From NCBI GenBank assembly GCA_963788655.1, contig CAWBHS010000078.1, forward strand, positions 73,583-137,582: a stretch of 64,000 bases of DNA. The letters run 5' to 3'. The position numbers and the translations under genes were made by a program. The notes below the pieces were generated by a model, which did no database searches, had not been told where the DNA came from, and saw only the letters and a list, made by a program, of their open reading frames with translations. Source of the stretch: an uncultured Verrucomicrobiae bacterium (GTDB lineage: Bacteria; Verrucomicrobiota; Verrucomicrobiia; Limisphaerales; JAFGQR01). Below, one piece after another: positions 1 to 8,900 of the stretch (position 1 is the stretch's first letter; each line of letters starts with the position of its first letter).

Positions 1-879
1 GTGCGTCTCGCCGCGGTGCGAGCCCTGTGCAATTGGCAAACCGCCGCGCCGCTCGATGATCTGGCCGCCGTGGCCGTGGAATCCAGCGAGGCGCAAGTCA
101 AAGCCCTGGCCTTGCGCGGCGTGGCCCGCATGGCGACCTTGGCTAAGGACCGTCCCGACGAAGCGGCATCGGCCATCAAGCGCGTTCTGCCGGTGGCGAA
201 CAACGTCAATGAGCGGAAAGCTTTGCTGGCGGCATTGGGCAGTGTCGCCAGTGTCATTGCCCTCGAAACCGGAGAGTCACAGTTGGCCCAACCGGAAACC
301 ACCAACGAAGCCGCCACCGCCATTCTGCAGGTGGCAGAAGTCATTTACCCATGGTATCGCGCTGAAGTGCAAAAAGCGGTCGGGCGTGTCAAAGCTGCCA
401 GCACGAGTCCGGTGATCCTTCAGCGGGCGGATGCGCTGGCGGCCAAACTAAAAGCTCCGGCCAACCTGGCTTTAGGTGGCATCGCAACTAGCCCCGACGA
501 CTTAGAAAAAGACGGCGATGCCAGCGGCGACCAGGCGGCAATTGATGGCGATCTCAAGACCTATTGGGACGAGGCGAACGGCCAGAAATTGTATCGCTTA
601 CGGGTGCAACTGCGGCGGCCTTCCACGGTGGGACGGTTGCGGATTGTTGGCTGGCAGCATCAGAGCTATGCGGCGCGGGATTTCGAGGTATTGTGCGACG
701 ACCAAGTGGTCAAGACCGTGAAGAACGCTCGCTATGAGCAGAACGTGCTGAACGTTGAATTTCCGTCAGTAAAGTGCTCCACCGTGGAATTGAAGATCAC
801 CGGTTACTACGGACAAAGTCCCGCCGTTCGTGAACTGGAGATTTATGGGCCGACCGCCAGCGGTTCCGCGGACAAATAG
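1..879 (+). CDS. HEAT-repeat protein with C-terminal discoidin/F5-8 type C domain (5' partial)
   Basis: Ala/Leu-rich helical repeats (VRLAAVRALCNW...ERKALLAALG) followed by ANLALGG...AIDGDLKTYW...VRELEIYG, a discoidin pattern. Runs off the window start. Confidence 0.7.
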   Translation: MRLAAVRALCNWQTAAPLDDLAAVAVESSEAQVKALALRGVARMATLAKDRPDEAASAIKRVLPVANNVNERKALLAALGSVASVIALETGESQLAQPETTNEAATAILQVAEVIYPWYRAEVQKAVGRVKAASTSPVILQRADALAAKLKAPANLALGGIATSPDDLEKDGDASGDQAAIDGDLKTYWDEANGQKLYRLRVQLRRPSTVGRLRIVGWQHQSYAARDFEVLCDDQVVKTVKNARYEQNVLNVEFPSVKCSTVELKITGYYGQSPAVRELEIYGPTASGSADK

Positions 880-913
880 TGTAATGGAACAACGCAACTG
901 AACCAATTGAACG

Positions 914-2446
914 ATGAAAACGAATTACCAACTTCGAAACCAAACGCTCGCCGTTGATCCATTACCCGATGATGCTTTTGACATGGGGAGCACGCCCGCC
1001 TCGGGCGCTGCCAACCGGCGCCCTCGCCGGTTGGCTCAGGAACGTCCAGGCCCGCCATACGGTGAAGGTTTTTATCATACCAAAGACTGGTTGGCGAGGC
1101 GCCAACCAGTGCGCCCGGGGCGGGCGCGCTCCCCAGTTGCACCGGGGCAAATTGAACTTTTTACCACTTCCCGGCGCGCCTTTCTCAAGCGGTCCTTGTT
1201 GGCTGCGGGGGCAACGCTCGCGGTGCCGGCTTTGGTGCCGTCATCCGTTCTCAGCGCAAACGCACCCAGCAACCGGGTGAACCTCGGCCACATTGGCGTG
1301 GGCGGGCAGGGGAGTGCCTTGCTGGGCGGCTTTCTCGGCTTGCCGCAGGGACAAAGTATCGCCATCTGTGATCCGATCAAAGACCGCCGCGAAGGAGCGG
1401 CCCGGCGGGTCGAGCAGGCTTACGCCAAGCAGCGTGACCGCGGCGATTTTTCAGGCTGCCAAACGTACAATGATTTTCGTGACCTGCTGGCGCGCGACGA
1501 CATCGACGCGGTGGTGGTGGCCACGCCGGATCATTGGCACGTGCCGATTGCGTTGGCGGCGGTGCGCGCCGGCAAGGATGTTTATGTCGAAAAACCGCTT
1601 GGCCTCACCATGGAACAGGACCAGGCGTTGCGGGAAGCGGTTCACCGTTACGGTGCGATTTTCCAATACGGCACCCAGCAACGCTCGTTCAGCCGGCATT
1701 GCGGGTTTGCCTGTGAGTTGGTTCGCAACGGATACCTTGGCGATCTGAAGGCTATTCATGTCGTGGCCCCCAACGGCGTGACCGGCGGGAAAGCCGTTCC
1801 GCAACCCGTGCCCGCGGGACTGGATTACGACCTTTGGCTGGGGCCCGCTCCGGTAACGCCTTACACCCATGACCGCGTGTTGGGCGTTGGCCGCTGGCAC
1901 ATTTACGATTACGCACTGGGCTTCATCGCGGGCTGGGGCGCGCACCCATTGGATATTGCGCATTGGGGCTATCCGCACATTCCTGTGGAATACGAAGGGA
2001 CGGGGCTTATTCCCACAGAGGGATTGTTCGACACAATTGTGAATTGGGACGTGCGTGGCCGATACGCCAGTGGCATTGAGTTCACGCTGAAACACGGAGG
2101 CGACATGACCACCTTTGTCGGCACCGAAGGCTGGATCGCCGCTTCGCGCGGTGGCATCTCGGCGCAACCGGAGTCATTGCTGAAAGTGAAGATCAAGCCC
2201 GGCGAATTGCATCTCTTGCAGGACACGCACCATTACCACGATTTCCTGACCGGCGTGCTGACCCGCAAACCGCCCGTCAGCAACATCGATTCCGCCGTCC
2301 AATCCGACTTCATGAGTCATCTCGGCGACATCTGCATTCGCACCGGGCGGACCATCCGCTGGGATCCGGAAAAGGAAACTATCATGGGCGATGACGCCGC
2401 CGCGCGCATGATGCGTCGTGCGATGCGGGCCCCATGGAGAATTTAA
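914..2446 (+). CDS. Gfo/Idh/MocA family oxidoreductase with Tat signal
   Basis: SRRAFLK Tat motif, GHIGVGGQG Rossmann motif, VVVATPDHWH, DVYVEKP. N-terminal extension contains a palindromic repeat. Confidence 0.9.
   Translation: MKTNYQLRNQTLAVDPLPDDAFDMGSTPASGAANRRPRRLAQERPGPPYGEGFYHTKDWLARRQPVRPGRARSPVAPGQIELFTTSRRAFLKRSLLAAGATLAVPALVPSSVLSANAPSNRVNLGHIGVGGQGSALLGGFLGLPQGQSIAICDPIKDRREGAARRVEQAYAKQRDRGDFSGCQTYNDFRDLLARDDIDAVVVATPDHWHVPIALAAVRAGKDVYVEKPLGLTMEQDQALREAVHRYGAIFQYGTQQRSFSRHCGFACELVRNGYLGDLKAIHVVAPNGVTGGKAVPQPVPAGLDYDLWLGPAPVTPYTHDRVLGVGRWHIYDYALGFIAGWGAHPLDIAHWGYPHIPVEYEGTGLIPTEGLFDTIVNWDVRGRYASGIEFTLKHGGDMTTFVGTEGWIAASRGGISAQPESLLKVKIKPGELHLLQDTHHYHDFLTGVLTRKPPVSNIDSAVQSDFMSHLGDICIRTGRTIRWDPEKETIMGDDAAARMMRRAMRAPWRI
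984..1135. repeat. REP-like palindromic element, family A, copy 1 (inside CDS)
   Basis: Arms TGGGGAGCACGCCCGCCTCGGGCGC and GCGCCCGGGGCGGGCGCGCTCCCCA with internal hairpins CCAACCGGCG-CCCT-CGCCGGTTGG and TGGTTGGCG-AGG-CGCCAACCA. A second copy lies at 25127-25275. Confidence 0.85.
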
Positions 2447-2519
2447 AGCGGACCTTTCTTTTTTCAGTACTTGCATTGCGGTCCTGGCTTGTGGCAATTT
2501 CCCCGCCGGTTTCGTTGAT

Positions 2520-2595
<76 letters not shown>

Positions 2596-2710
2596 GCTTT
2601 TCAACCCTCACTGCCTAAAGGACTCACGGGATTTTTTTCTGTTCCTTAATTGGTTGTTTTTAGCTCCCCAAGAATCTGTTTATCCCCTTTCGGTCTCTTC
2701 TTTCAGGTTT

Positions 2711-3077
2711 TCAACCGTGGTTACGCCCCTTTGGCTTTGGCTTCTTCGGCCTTGGCCGCGTCGCTGGCGTTTCCAACCTTGGCGGCGAGCTGATCCAAAT
2801 CTCGATTGATTGCCCCCAACTGGCCTTGCATGGTCGCGACGAGTTCAACCTTTTGCGCACAGGCACAGTGCTGCATTGCTTGCGCGGCCTCTTTGGCTTC
2901 CTGTGTGACCTCGTCGAACTGCGGCACCGTGGCTTCTCCGGTTTTGGTCGCCGAAAATTGCGCCGCCGGTTTACCGCCCACCGCGAAGGCGGTGACGGCT
3001 CGGCCTGACTCCGTTCCAACTGCCAGCAAGATGCCGGCAGCACGTTCCCCTGTCCTGCCGGGCAATTGGGTGGTCAC
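2711..3077 (-). pseudogene. Degenerate coiled-coil protein remnant next to the IS left end
   Basis: Amphipathic heptads (EAKEAAQAMQ...QLGAINRDLDQLAAKV) with no clean start and an abrupt end. Confidence 0.35.
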
Positions 3078-3085
3078 TTCCTATA

Positions 3086-3171
3086 GCGCTCAGAAAAATG
3101 GAGTCGGGTCTGGTGAGATAAGTGGAGCCACCGGCTGAGCGGCAGCGAGCCGAGTTCTTCTTTCCAAGGAG
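3086..3171 (+). repeat. Left inverted repeat of the IS21-like element
   Basis: GCGCTCAGAAAAATGGAGTCGGG...TTTCCAAGGAG is the reverse complement of 7977-8062 at 83/86 positions. It contains two AGAWAARTGGAGYC sub-repeats 24 bp apart (3092, 3116). Confidence 0.92.
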
Positions 3172-3381
3172 GCGATCGGGGCTTGGCTGCCCGGTTCCGG
3201 TGCTCCAACAAAAATCCCCGTCCCACCTTCTCGACACACCCGTGCCGATCCGGTAGGACGAGGACATTCATAATAGCGTTAGCATCCTAAGCGAGAGTTT
3301 CGCTTTTTTGCAATAACGATCGCGGAGCATTTTGAGTTTACTCCAGACTGGTATCGCGGGGCGAAAATCCGGCGGCTGATC

Positions 3382-3903
3382 TTGGATTACTACCAAGTCC
3401 TGCGATCGATATTGCGAAGGCAGCCTCATCGGCGACGGTGCCTGACCCGCTGTCGGCACTGCCGCATCTTTTTTCTCACCGATCCGCGCAATACCGGGCG
3501 CAAGGATATGCCCCGAGGCAAGCGCAAGGACTTGGCCTGTCCCTTGGGTTGCCGTGAAGCCCACCGGAAGCACCAGTCCACATCACGCAGTGTTGCCTAC
3601 TACCGGACAAAAGAAGGGCGAAGAAAGAAACGGGACCTGAACCAACGCCGCCCGGCGGCTTGCCGCCGCCCAGCGCCCGCGCCGCCGCCCAACGCCCCGA
3701 ACGCACCGGCCCAGGCCGCCCGCGCACCGTGGCCGGAGCCGGTGGTGGAGCATGTCCGGAGGGTCGTCAGCTGGATCGAACACCGGCACATCCGCCGAGC
3801 GGAGATCCTGCAGGTGCTGGCGAAAGTTTTGAGACAACAGGGCATAGGCCGGCGACGCCGGATCGATCACACTGTGGCCTGGCTCAATGAACATCCGCCT
3901 TAA
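3382..3903 (+). CDS. Basic Cys-rich (putative zinc-ribbon) protein in the IS21-like element
   Basis: CLTRCRHCRIFF and CPLGC motifs, Arg/Lys-rich. The frame stays open upstream to about 3283, so the start is uncertain. Confidence 0.6.
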   Translation: MDYYQVLRSILRRQPHRRRCLTRCRHCRIFFLTDPRNTGRKDMPRGKRKDLACPLGCREAHRKHQSTSRSVAYYRTKEGRRKKRDLNQRRPAACRRPAPAPPPNAPNAPAQAARAPWPEPVVEHVRRVVSWIEHRHIRRAEILQVLAKVLRQQGIGRRRRIDHTVAWLNEHPP

Positions 3904-3914
3904 AGACATCCGGT

Positions 3915-4994
3915 ATGGCGCACGAGGTTGAACTGTCCGACTTGGACCTGCGGTACGAGGACTATCGCCTCAAACAGGCGGCGGTTGAAGCTCGGCTATT
4001 GACCTCGATTGCCCAACGCGGCATCGAGGAACCCCTGGAAGGCGTCGAGGTCGACCAAACCCAGGTTCTGCTCAATGGATTCAAGCGGTATCGCTGTGCC
4101 CGCAAGCTGCGCCTGAACACCGTGCCGTATACCTCCCTCGGCGCCGACGAGGTGAGCGGCATTCTGGGTTTGTTGCGCACGGCCAAGAACAAAAGCCTGA
4201 ACATTCTGGAGCAAGCCCGCTTCATCGACGAACTCAAAAACGTGCGTCACCTGAGTGTGGCGGAGATCGCCACGGAACTCTCGGTCAGCAAAGCCTGGGT
4301 CAGTATGCGCCTGGGATTACTGGGAGAGATGAGCCCCAAGGTACGTCAGCAGCTCTTCAGCGGTGCGTTTCCGGTTTATCCCTACATGTACCTTCTGCGT
4401 CAGTTCATGCGTATGAACGGTGTCAAGAAGCAGGAGATCGAGCAGTTCGTCCTGGCCGTCAGCGGCAAAGATCTGAGCGTACGGGACATTACGCAATTAG
4501 CTCACGGCTGCTTTCGGGGACCCGCGTCCTTCCGCGAAGAGATTCTCAAGGGCAACGTGGCCCTGCCGTTGCGACAGATGAACCAGGTTCCTCTCGATCC
4601 GGAAGGATGCAACGAGTTCGAGCGGGTTTTGCTGAGCGACCTGGAAGTTCTCCAGAAGTACATGCAGCGCGTCATGGGCAAGAGCCAGGACCAACGCCTC
4701 CAGAGCCGGGTGTTCCATTCCCAGTCGCATCTTTTAACCGGAGGGATTTTGAGCCGCGGCACGGCCTTCCTCCAAACCTTGAGACAACTCCATGATCGAA
4801 ACGGACAAGCGCAAGGCGGTTTACCTACTCCACCAGGAAGGCATGAGCCAGCGGGAGATCGCCCGCCGGCTGGGCCTGGGCCGCAACACGGTGCGACGGA
4901 TCATCCAGCAGCAGGGCCAGGTGGTGCACGCCATCCGCAAGGACAAGCAAACGATCGACCCGGATCTGCTCCGGCGCCTGCACCTGGAGTGTGA
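3915..4994 (+). CDS. ParB/Srx N-terminal domain plus HTH protein
   Basis: LLTSIAQRGIEEPL and LLNGFKRYRCA (ParB box I/II-like), followed by HTH LSVAEIATELSVSKAWVSMRL. The 3' end overlaps istA. Confidence 0.85.
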   Translation: MAHEVELSDLDLRYEDYRLKQAAVEARLLTSIAQRGIEEPLEGVEVDQTQVLLNGFKRYRCARKLRLNTVPYTSLGADEVSGILGLLRTAKNKSLNILEQARFIDELKNVRHLSVAEIATELSVSKAWVSMRLGLLGEMSPKVRQQLFSGAFPVYPYMYLLRQFMRMNGVKKQEIEQFVLAVSGKDLSVRDITQLAHGCFRGPASFREEILKGNVALPLRQMNQVPLDPEGCNEFERVLLSDLEVLQKYMQRVMGKSQDQRLQSRVFHSQSHLLTGGILSRGTAFLQTLRQLHDRNGQAQGGLPTPPGRHEPAGDRPPAGPGPQHGATDHPAAGPGGARHPQGQANDRPGSAPAPAPGV

Positions 4995-6313
4995 GGGCCG
5001 CGTTCAACGCATGCACGAGAAGCTGGTGGAGGAGGAAGGGCTCGCCGTGAAGTATTCCACGCTGACCCGCCGGGTGCGGGAGTTGGGCTTGGGCGAACCG
5101 CCCCAGGTCCGTTGCCATCGCGTGCCCGATGAACCGGGCTTGGAGATGCAGCATGACACCAGCGTTTATCGCGTCGAGCTGGGCGCGCAACGCGTCAAGC
5201 TCGTCGCCAGTCTGATCTACCTGCGCTACTCCAAACGACGCTACTTGAAGTTCTACCGCCACTTCGACCGCTTCCACATGAAGTGCTTCTTGCATGAAGC
5301 CTTGATGTGGTGGGGCTACGCGGCTCGCCAGTGCATCATCGACAACACCAACCTGGCGCGACTGCGAGGCACCGGCCGCAACGCGGTCATGGTCCCGGAG
5401 ATGGCGGTCTTCGGTAAGCAGTACCGGCTTCGAGTTCTGCTGCCACGAGCTCGGGCACAGTAATCGAAAGGCGGGGGAAGAGCGCAGCTTTTGGACGGTG
5501 GAAACCAACTTCCTGCCTGGCCGCAGCTTTGCGAGCTTGGAGGACCTCAACCAGCAGGCCTTCGCCTGGTCGACCGAGCGCATGGAGCACCGCCCCCAAA
5601 CCAAGGCGGCCATCATTCCCGCCAAAGCCTTCGAGCATGAACGCACCTTTCTGCTCCCGCTGGCGCCCCATTTGCCACCGCCCTACAAGGTCCTGCAACG
5701 GGGAACCGATGAATACGGCTACCTCAGCTTCGACGCCAATTACTATTGGGTGCCGGGCACCGATCGCGCTGACGTCACGGTGCTGCGCTACGCCGATCGG
5801 TTGAAAATCTACAAGCAACGGGAATGTCTGGCCGAATATGGGTTGCCGCCCGACGGGGTCCGCAATGAGCGGTTTAGCCCGGAGGGACTGCCGCCGCCCC
5901 CCCACCATCCCAAGAACCGCCGCCAGCCCACCCAGGAGGAGGAAAAGCGCCTGCGGGCTATCGGAGCACCGGTCAGCGCCTACCTGGATTGGGTCCTCCC
6001 CCGCAAAGGTCCGGGGCGCCATCGTTTTTTAAGAAGCCTGCTGGCGTTGAGCCGGAAAATGTCTCCGGAGTTATTCCGGCAAAGCGTCGAGCGCGCGGCC
6101 CAATTCCGGATCGAGGAGATCTCCACCCTCGAGCGCATCGCCTTCTTGTATCTGCAGCAAGGGACGGGCGTGCTGCCGGTGCCCCAAGTCGATGAGCAGT
6201 TCACGGAGCGCGAGGCCTACTTGGAAGGCTCGCTGACCGAAGCCCCTGATTTATCCATTTATCAAGATCCTCCCCAAGACGATCCACCCCCACCACGCTC
6301 TGGACATGAATGA
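4792..6313 (+). CDS. istA: IS21 family DDE transposase IstA (one +1 frameshift at ~5424)
   Basis: N-terminal HTH GMSQREIARRLGLGRNTVRR, MQHDT, IIDNT. Removing one C at 5424/5425 gives QYGFEFCCHELGHSNRKAGEERSFWTVETNF and joins ORFs 4792..5463 and 5498..6313. Confidence 0.88.
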
Positions 6314-7073
6314 CGAACTGACGCAACCACTAAAATATCTGCGCTTGAAAGGGCTGCTGGCCCACTGGGATGAGTATCTCCAGTTGGCGGCCCAAAAGAA
6401 CTTCTCCCACGATCACCTCCTCCGGCACGTGGTGCAGGAAGAATACCGGACCAAGCGGGAGAACGCCCGCCAGTTCCGCCTCCGCAAGGCCGCCATCCCC
6501 GAACCGCTGGTCATCGAAACCTACCCCTTCGCCCGGCAGCCCAAACTGAACAAGAAGAAACTGATGGCGCTGTATGACTCCCTGAACTTCATGCGGAACC
6601 ACCAGAACATCCTCTGGCTGGGCCGCACCGGGTGCGGCAAGACCGGATTGGCCACCAGCTTTTTGATCCACGCCATCAATCACGGCTACAACGGACGCTT
6701 CGTCTCCTTCGCTGAACTCATCACCGAGCTGTTCCAATCGGTCGCCGACCACTCCGAACGCAAAGTCATGCGCAAATACCTGGCGTGGGATCCCTTGTTG
6801 GTCGACGAGATCGGCTACATTCCCATCGAACCCGTCCAAGCGGGGCTCTTTTTCGATCTGATGCAGCGGCGGCACAAGAAAAAGACCACTCTCATCACCT
6901 CCAATCTGGGCTTCAGCGACTGGGGTTCCTTTCTCAAAAACGACCACCTCACCGCCGCGCTCATCGACCGCCTGACCGAAACCAGCCATGTCTTCAACAT
7001 GAGGCAATGCAACGGCATCCGTGACCGCCTCAGTTCGGACGATGAACTTCCCGCCGATCCGCCACAGGGCTGA
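6306..7073 (+). CDS. istB: IS21 helper ATPase IstB
   Basis: Walker A GRTGCGKT, Walker B LLVDEIGY, LITSN, ALIDRL. Confidence 0.95.
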   Translation: MNDELTQPLKYLRLKGLLAHWDEYLQLAAQKNFSHDHLLRHVVQEEYRTKRENARQFRLRKAAIPEPLVIETYPFARQPKLNKKKLMALYDSLNFMRNHQNILWLGRTGCGKTGLATSFLIHAINHGYNGRFVSFAELITELFQSVADHSERKVMRKYLAWDPLLVDEIGYIPIEPVQAGLFFDLMQRRHKKKTTLITSNLGFSDWGSFLKNDHLTAALIDRLTETSHVFNMRQCNGIRDRLSSDDELPADPPQG

Positions 7074-7911
7074 CCCACTGCGGGCCATCCCGTTGACCGC
7101 GGTGCTGCGGGCCTGGGGTGCTCAACCCGATGCCTCGGACCAGCGCAAGTGGCACACGCCTCAGGGTGTCCTTTCGGTCAATGGCGCCAAATTCATCAAC
7201 TGGAGCCGCGGCGGGGGCGGCGGCGGCGCCATCGATCTGGTCATCCATTTGAACCGTTGCGGCTTCCGGCAAGCCCTGGACTGGCTGGCCGGCCATTTCC
7301 CCTCACCCCCAGCTCAGACCGACCTGGGCTTGGCCCAACCCCAGTTCCAACTGCCCGTCCCGGATCCCGCCCAACTCGCCCGCGTCCGCCACTATTTGCT
7401 CCAGCAGCGCCGGCTGCTACCCGACCTCATTGACCCGCTCATTCAAGCCGGTTCCCTTTACGCCGATCACCGAGCCAATGCCGTCTTCCTACTGCAGGGA
7501 GCTAACGACACTCCGGTCGGCGCCGAACTCCGGGGAACGACGGCCCAGTCCTGGCGGGGCATGGCTCCCGGATCCAAAAAGGATTGGGGCTTCTTCTCTA
7601 TCCCTCGGGTCCCGTTTCCTCCCCAAGCCAATACGGGGCCAGGCGGCATCCTGCTGTGTGAATCGGCCATCGACGCCCTCAGCGGCCGCATCCTTCATCC
7701 GCAACTGGCGTGCGTCTCGACCGCGGGTGCTCGGCCCAATCCCCGCTGGCTTGGCCCGCTCCTGGCACAAAGTCGCACCGTCTATTGCGGCTTCGACACC
7801 GACACGACCGGTCAGACCATGGCCCAGGCCATGATCGCCCTGCATCCGGCGGTCCAGCGCTTGGCGCCGTCGGACCACGATTGGAACGACGTTCTCGGTT
7901 TGCAGCCGTAG
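7021..7911 (+). CDS. Toprim (primase-like, DUF3991-type) protein
   Basis: GGGAIDLVIHL...FRQALDWL (resembles the primase Zn-finger C-half), Toprim motifs LLCESAIDALS and GFDTDTTG, terminal DWND. Start may be the ATG at 7042. Confidence 0.8.
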   Translation: MTASVRTMNFPPIRHRADPLRAIPLTAVLRAWGAQPDASDQRKWHTPQGVLSVNGAKFINWSRGGGGGGAIDLVIHLNRCGFRQALDWLAGHFPSPPAQTDLGLAQPQFQLPVPDPAQLARVRHYLLQQRRLLPDLIDPLIQAGSLYADHRANAVFLLQGANDTPVGAELRGTTAQSWRGMAPGSKKDWGFFSIPRVPFPPQANTGPGGILLCESAIDALSGRILHPQLACVSTAGARPNPRWLGPLLAQSRTVYCGFDTDTTGQTMAQAMIALHPAVQRLAPSDHDWNDVLGLQP

Positions 7912-7976
7912 CCCTCGCCGCTTCCGCTTCCTCCTTCGCTCCACTACTCGGAAACTGTTCTACTCGGAAAGCATGG

Positions 7977-8062
7977 CTCCTTGGAAAGAAGAACTCGGCT
8001 CGCTGCCGCTCAGCCGGTGGCTCCACTTATCTCACCAGACCCGGCTCCATTTTGCTAAGCGC
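7977..8062 (-). repeat. Right inverted repeat of the IS21-like element
   Basis: Reverse complement of 3086-3171. Confidence 0.92.
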
Positions 8063-8092
8063 CGTCGAACCCCGCCGGATGAGCATGATGCC

Positions 8093-8188
8093 GCCGAACA
8101 AGATCACTGGACCGAACGCGGGCCGGCCACGGCGGTTGGCAATTCGGATGTCACTGGCCGCCCGCGTCGGTCAGTTCTGACGTTCACC
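8093..8188 (+). other. Integron attC-like recombination site (orphan)
   Basis: GCCGAAC ... GTTCACC core boxes. ACTGGACCGAACGCGGG pairs with CCCGCGTCGGTCAGT leaving two extrahelical bases. Inner CGGCCA/TGGCCG stem. Confidence 0.75.
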
Positions 8189-8190
8189 AG

Positions 8191-8475
8191 TCAAGCGTTG
8201 GTGCGGGTGTCGGTGATGAGGCCGCAGATGACGGCGGCGACGGTAATCATGAGTTCGCAGTCGTTGTAGTGGTCGTCGCGGGCGATCTGTTTCCAGATGT
8301 ATTTGAAGCGGCCACGGGGGGCGGTGACTTCTTCGCGGCGGACGGCGGAGAGTTGTTGGAGGTAGTCGCGGGTGACGGCCTGGGGGATGGTCCATTCGCC
8401 GACGAGGCCGGTGGTAAAGTTGGCCATCAGGTCGCGCGTGGCGGGGTTGGCCCAGTTGCACGAATCCCAGGGCAT
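8191..8475 (-). pseudogene. C-terminal fragment of a phage terminase large subunit (GpA-like endonuclease end)
   Basis: DYLQQLSAVRR...WKQIARDDHYNDCELM resembles the GpA QLTAE...W-K-R-RNEALDC C-terminus. No ATPase domain upstream. Confidence 0.55.
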
Positions 8476-8500
8476 CGCCAGGGGGTTGGCGCGGCAGCGT

Positions 8501-8575
8501 CTTGGCGTGCGGTAGTCCTCTGCCGCTATCGAAAGACAGGGGCGCGTGCAAATGCGGCAGAGGACACAGCAGCTA
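8501..8575. repeat. Degenerate REP-like palindrome
   Basis: GTCCTCTGCCGC ... GCGGCAGAGGAC inverted arms. Confidence 0.55.
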
Positions 8576-8616
8576 AACGCAACTTTCTGAACCGGTGCTC
8601 CGCCGCCGCTGCTTGG

Positions 8617-8752
8617 TGTTGCACAGAATTATTGTCTGCTGTATCGCCGAGTGGCGCTCGGCAGGACATGCATGGTTACGGCAGTACTAGGAACTGCCAA
8701 CGCCCGGCGGACGGCAAGGCCGCGATACAGCCGATTGAAAATCTGCGCTACA
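8617..8752. repeat. REP-like palindrome, family D (GTAG type)
   Basis: TGTTGCACAGAATT...CTGTATCGC and GCGATACAG...AATCTGCGCTACA imperfect inverted arms. Confidence 0.7.
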
Positions 8753-8900
8753 CTTGGCGGCGGTCCCCATTGGCCCGTTCAACGGCGAAGATGCGTGTAA
8801 GGCACAGGGCGGGCCGGACGCTCTCCAATCGCTGGCCTGACTGACAACCTACGGTGCCGGAACAGGCGCTGTTTGCCTACCGTCACCGTGGGAAGTTGCC

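Larger units (their letters stand above)
3086..8062 (+). mobile_element. IS21-like transposable element with five co-oriented ORFs (Cys-rich, ParB-like, IstA, IstB, Toprim)
   Basis: 86-bp terminal inverted repeats (3086-3171 and 7977-8062, 3 mismatches) enclosing a DDE transposase and an IstB AAA+ ATPase. Confidence 0.9.

Noticed and set aside
2471..2500. Sigma70 promoter for tRNA-Phe (TTGCAT...GGCAAT)
   Set aside because: Plausible position, but the -10 match and spacing are too weak to call.
5415..5435. Programmed frameshift in istA
   Set aside because: No slippery A-run at the site. It splits the DDE core and looks like the many other single-base indels.
8269..8844. 191-aa plus-strand ORF
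   Set aside because: Composed of the antisense terminase fragment and two palindromic repeats.
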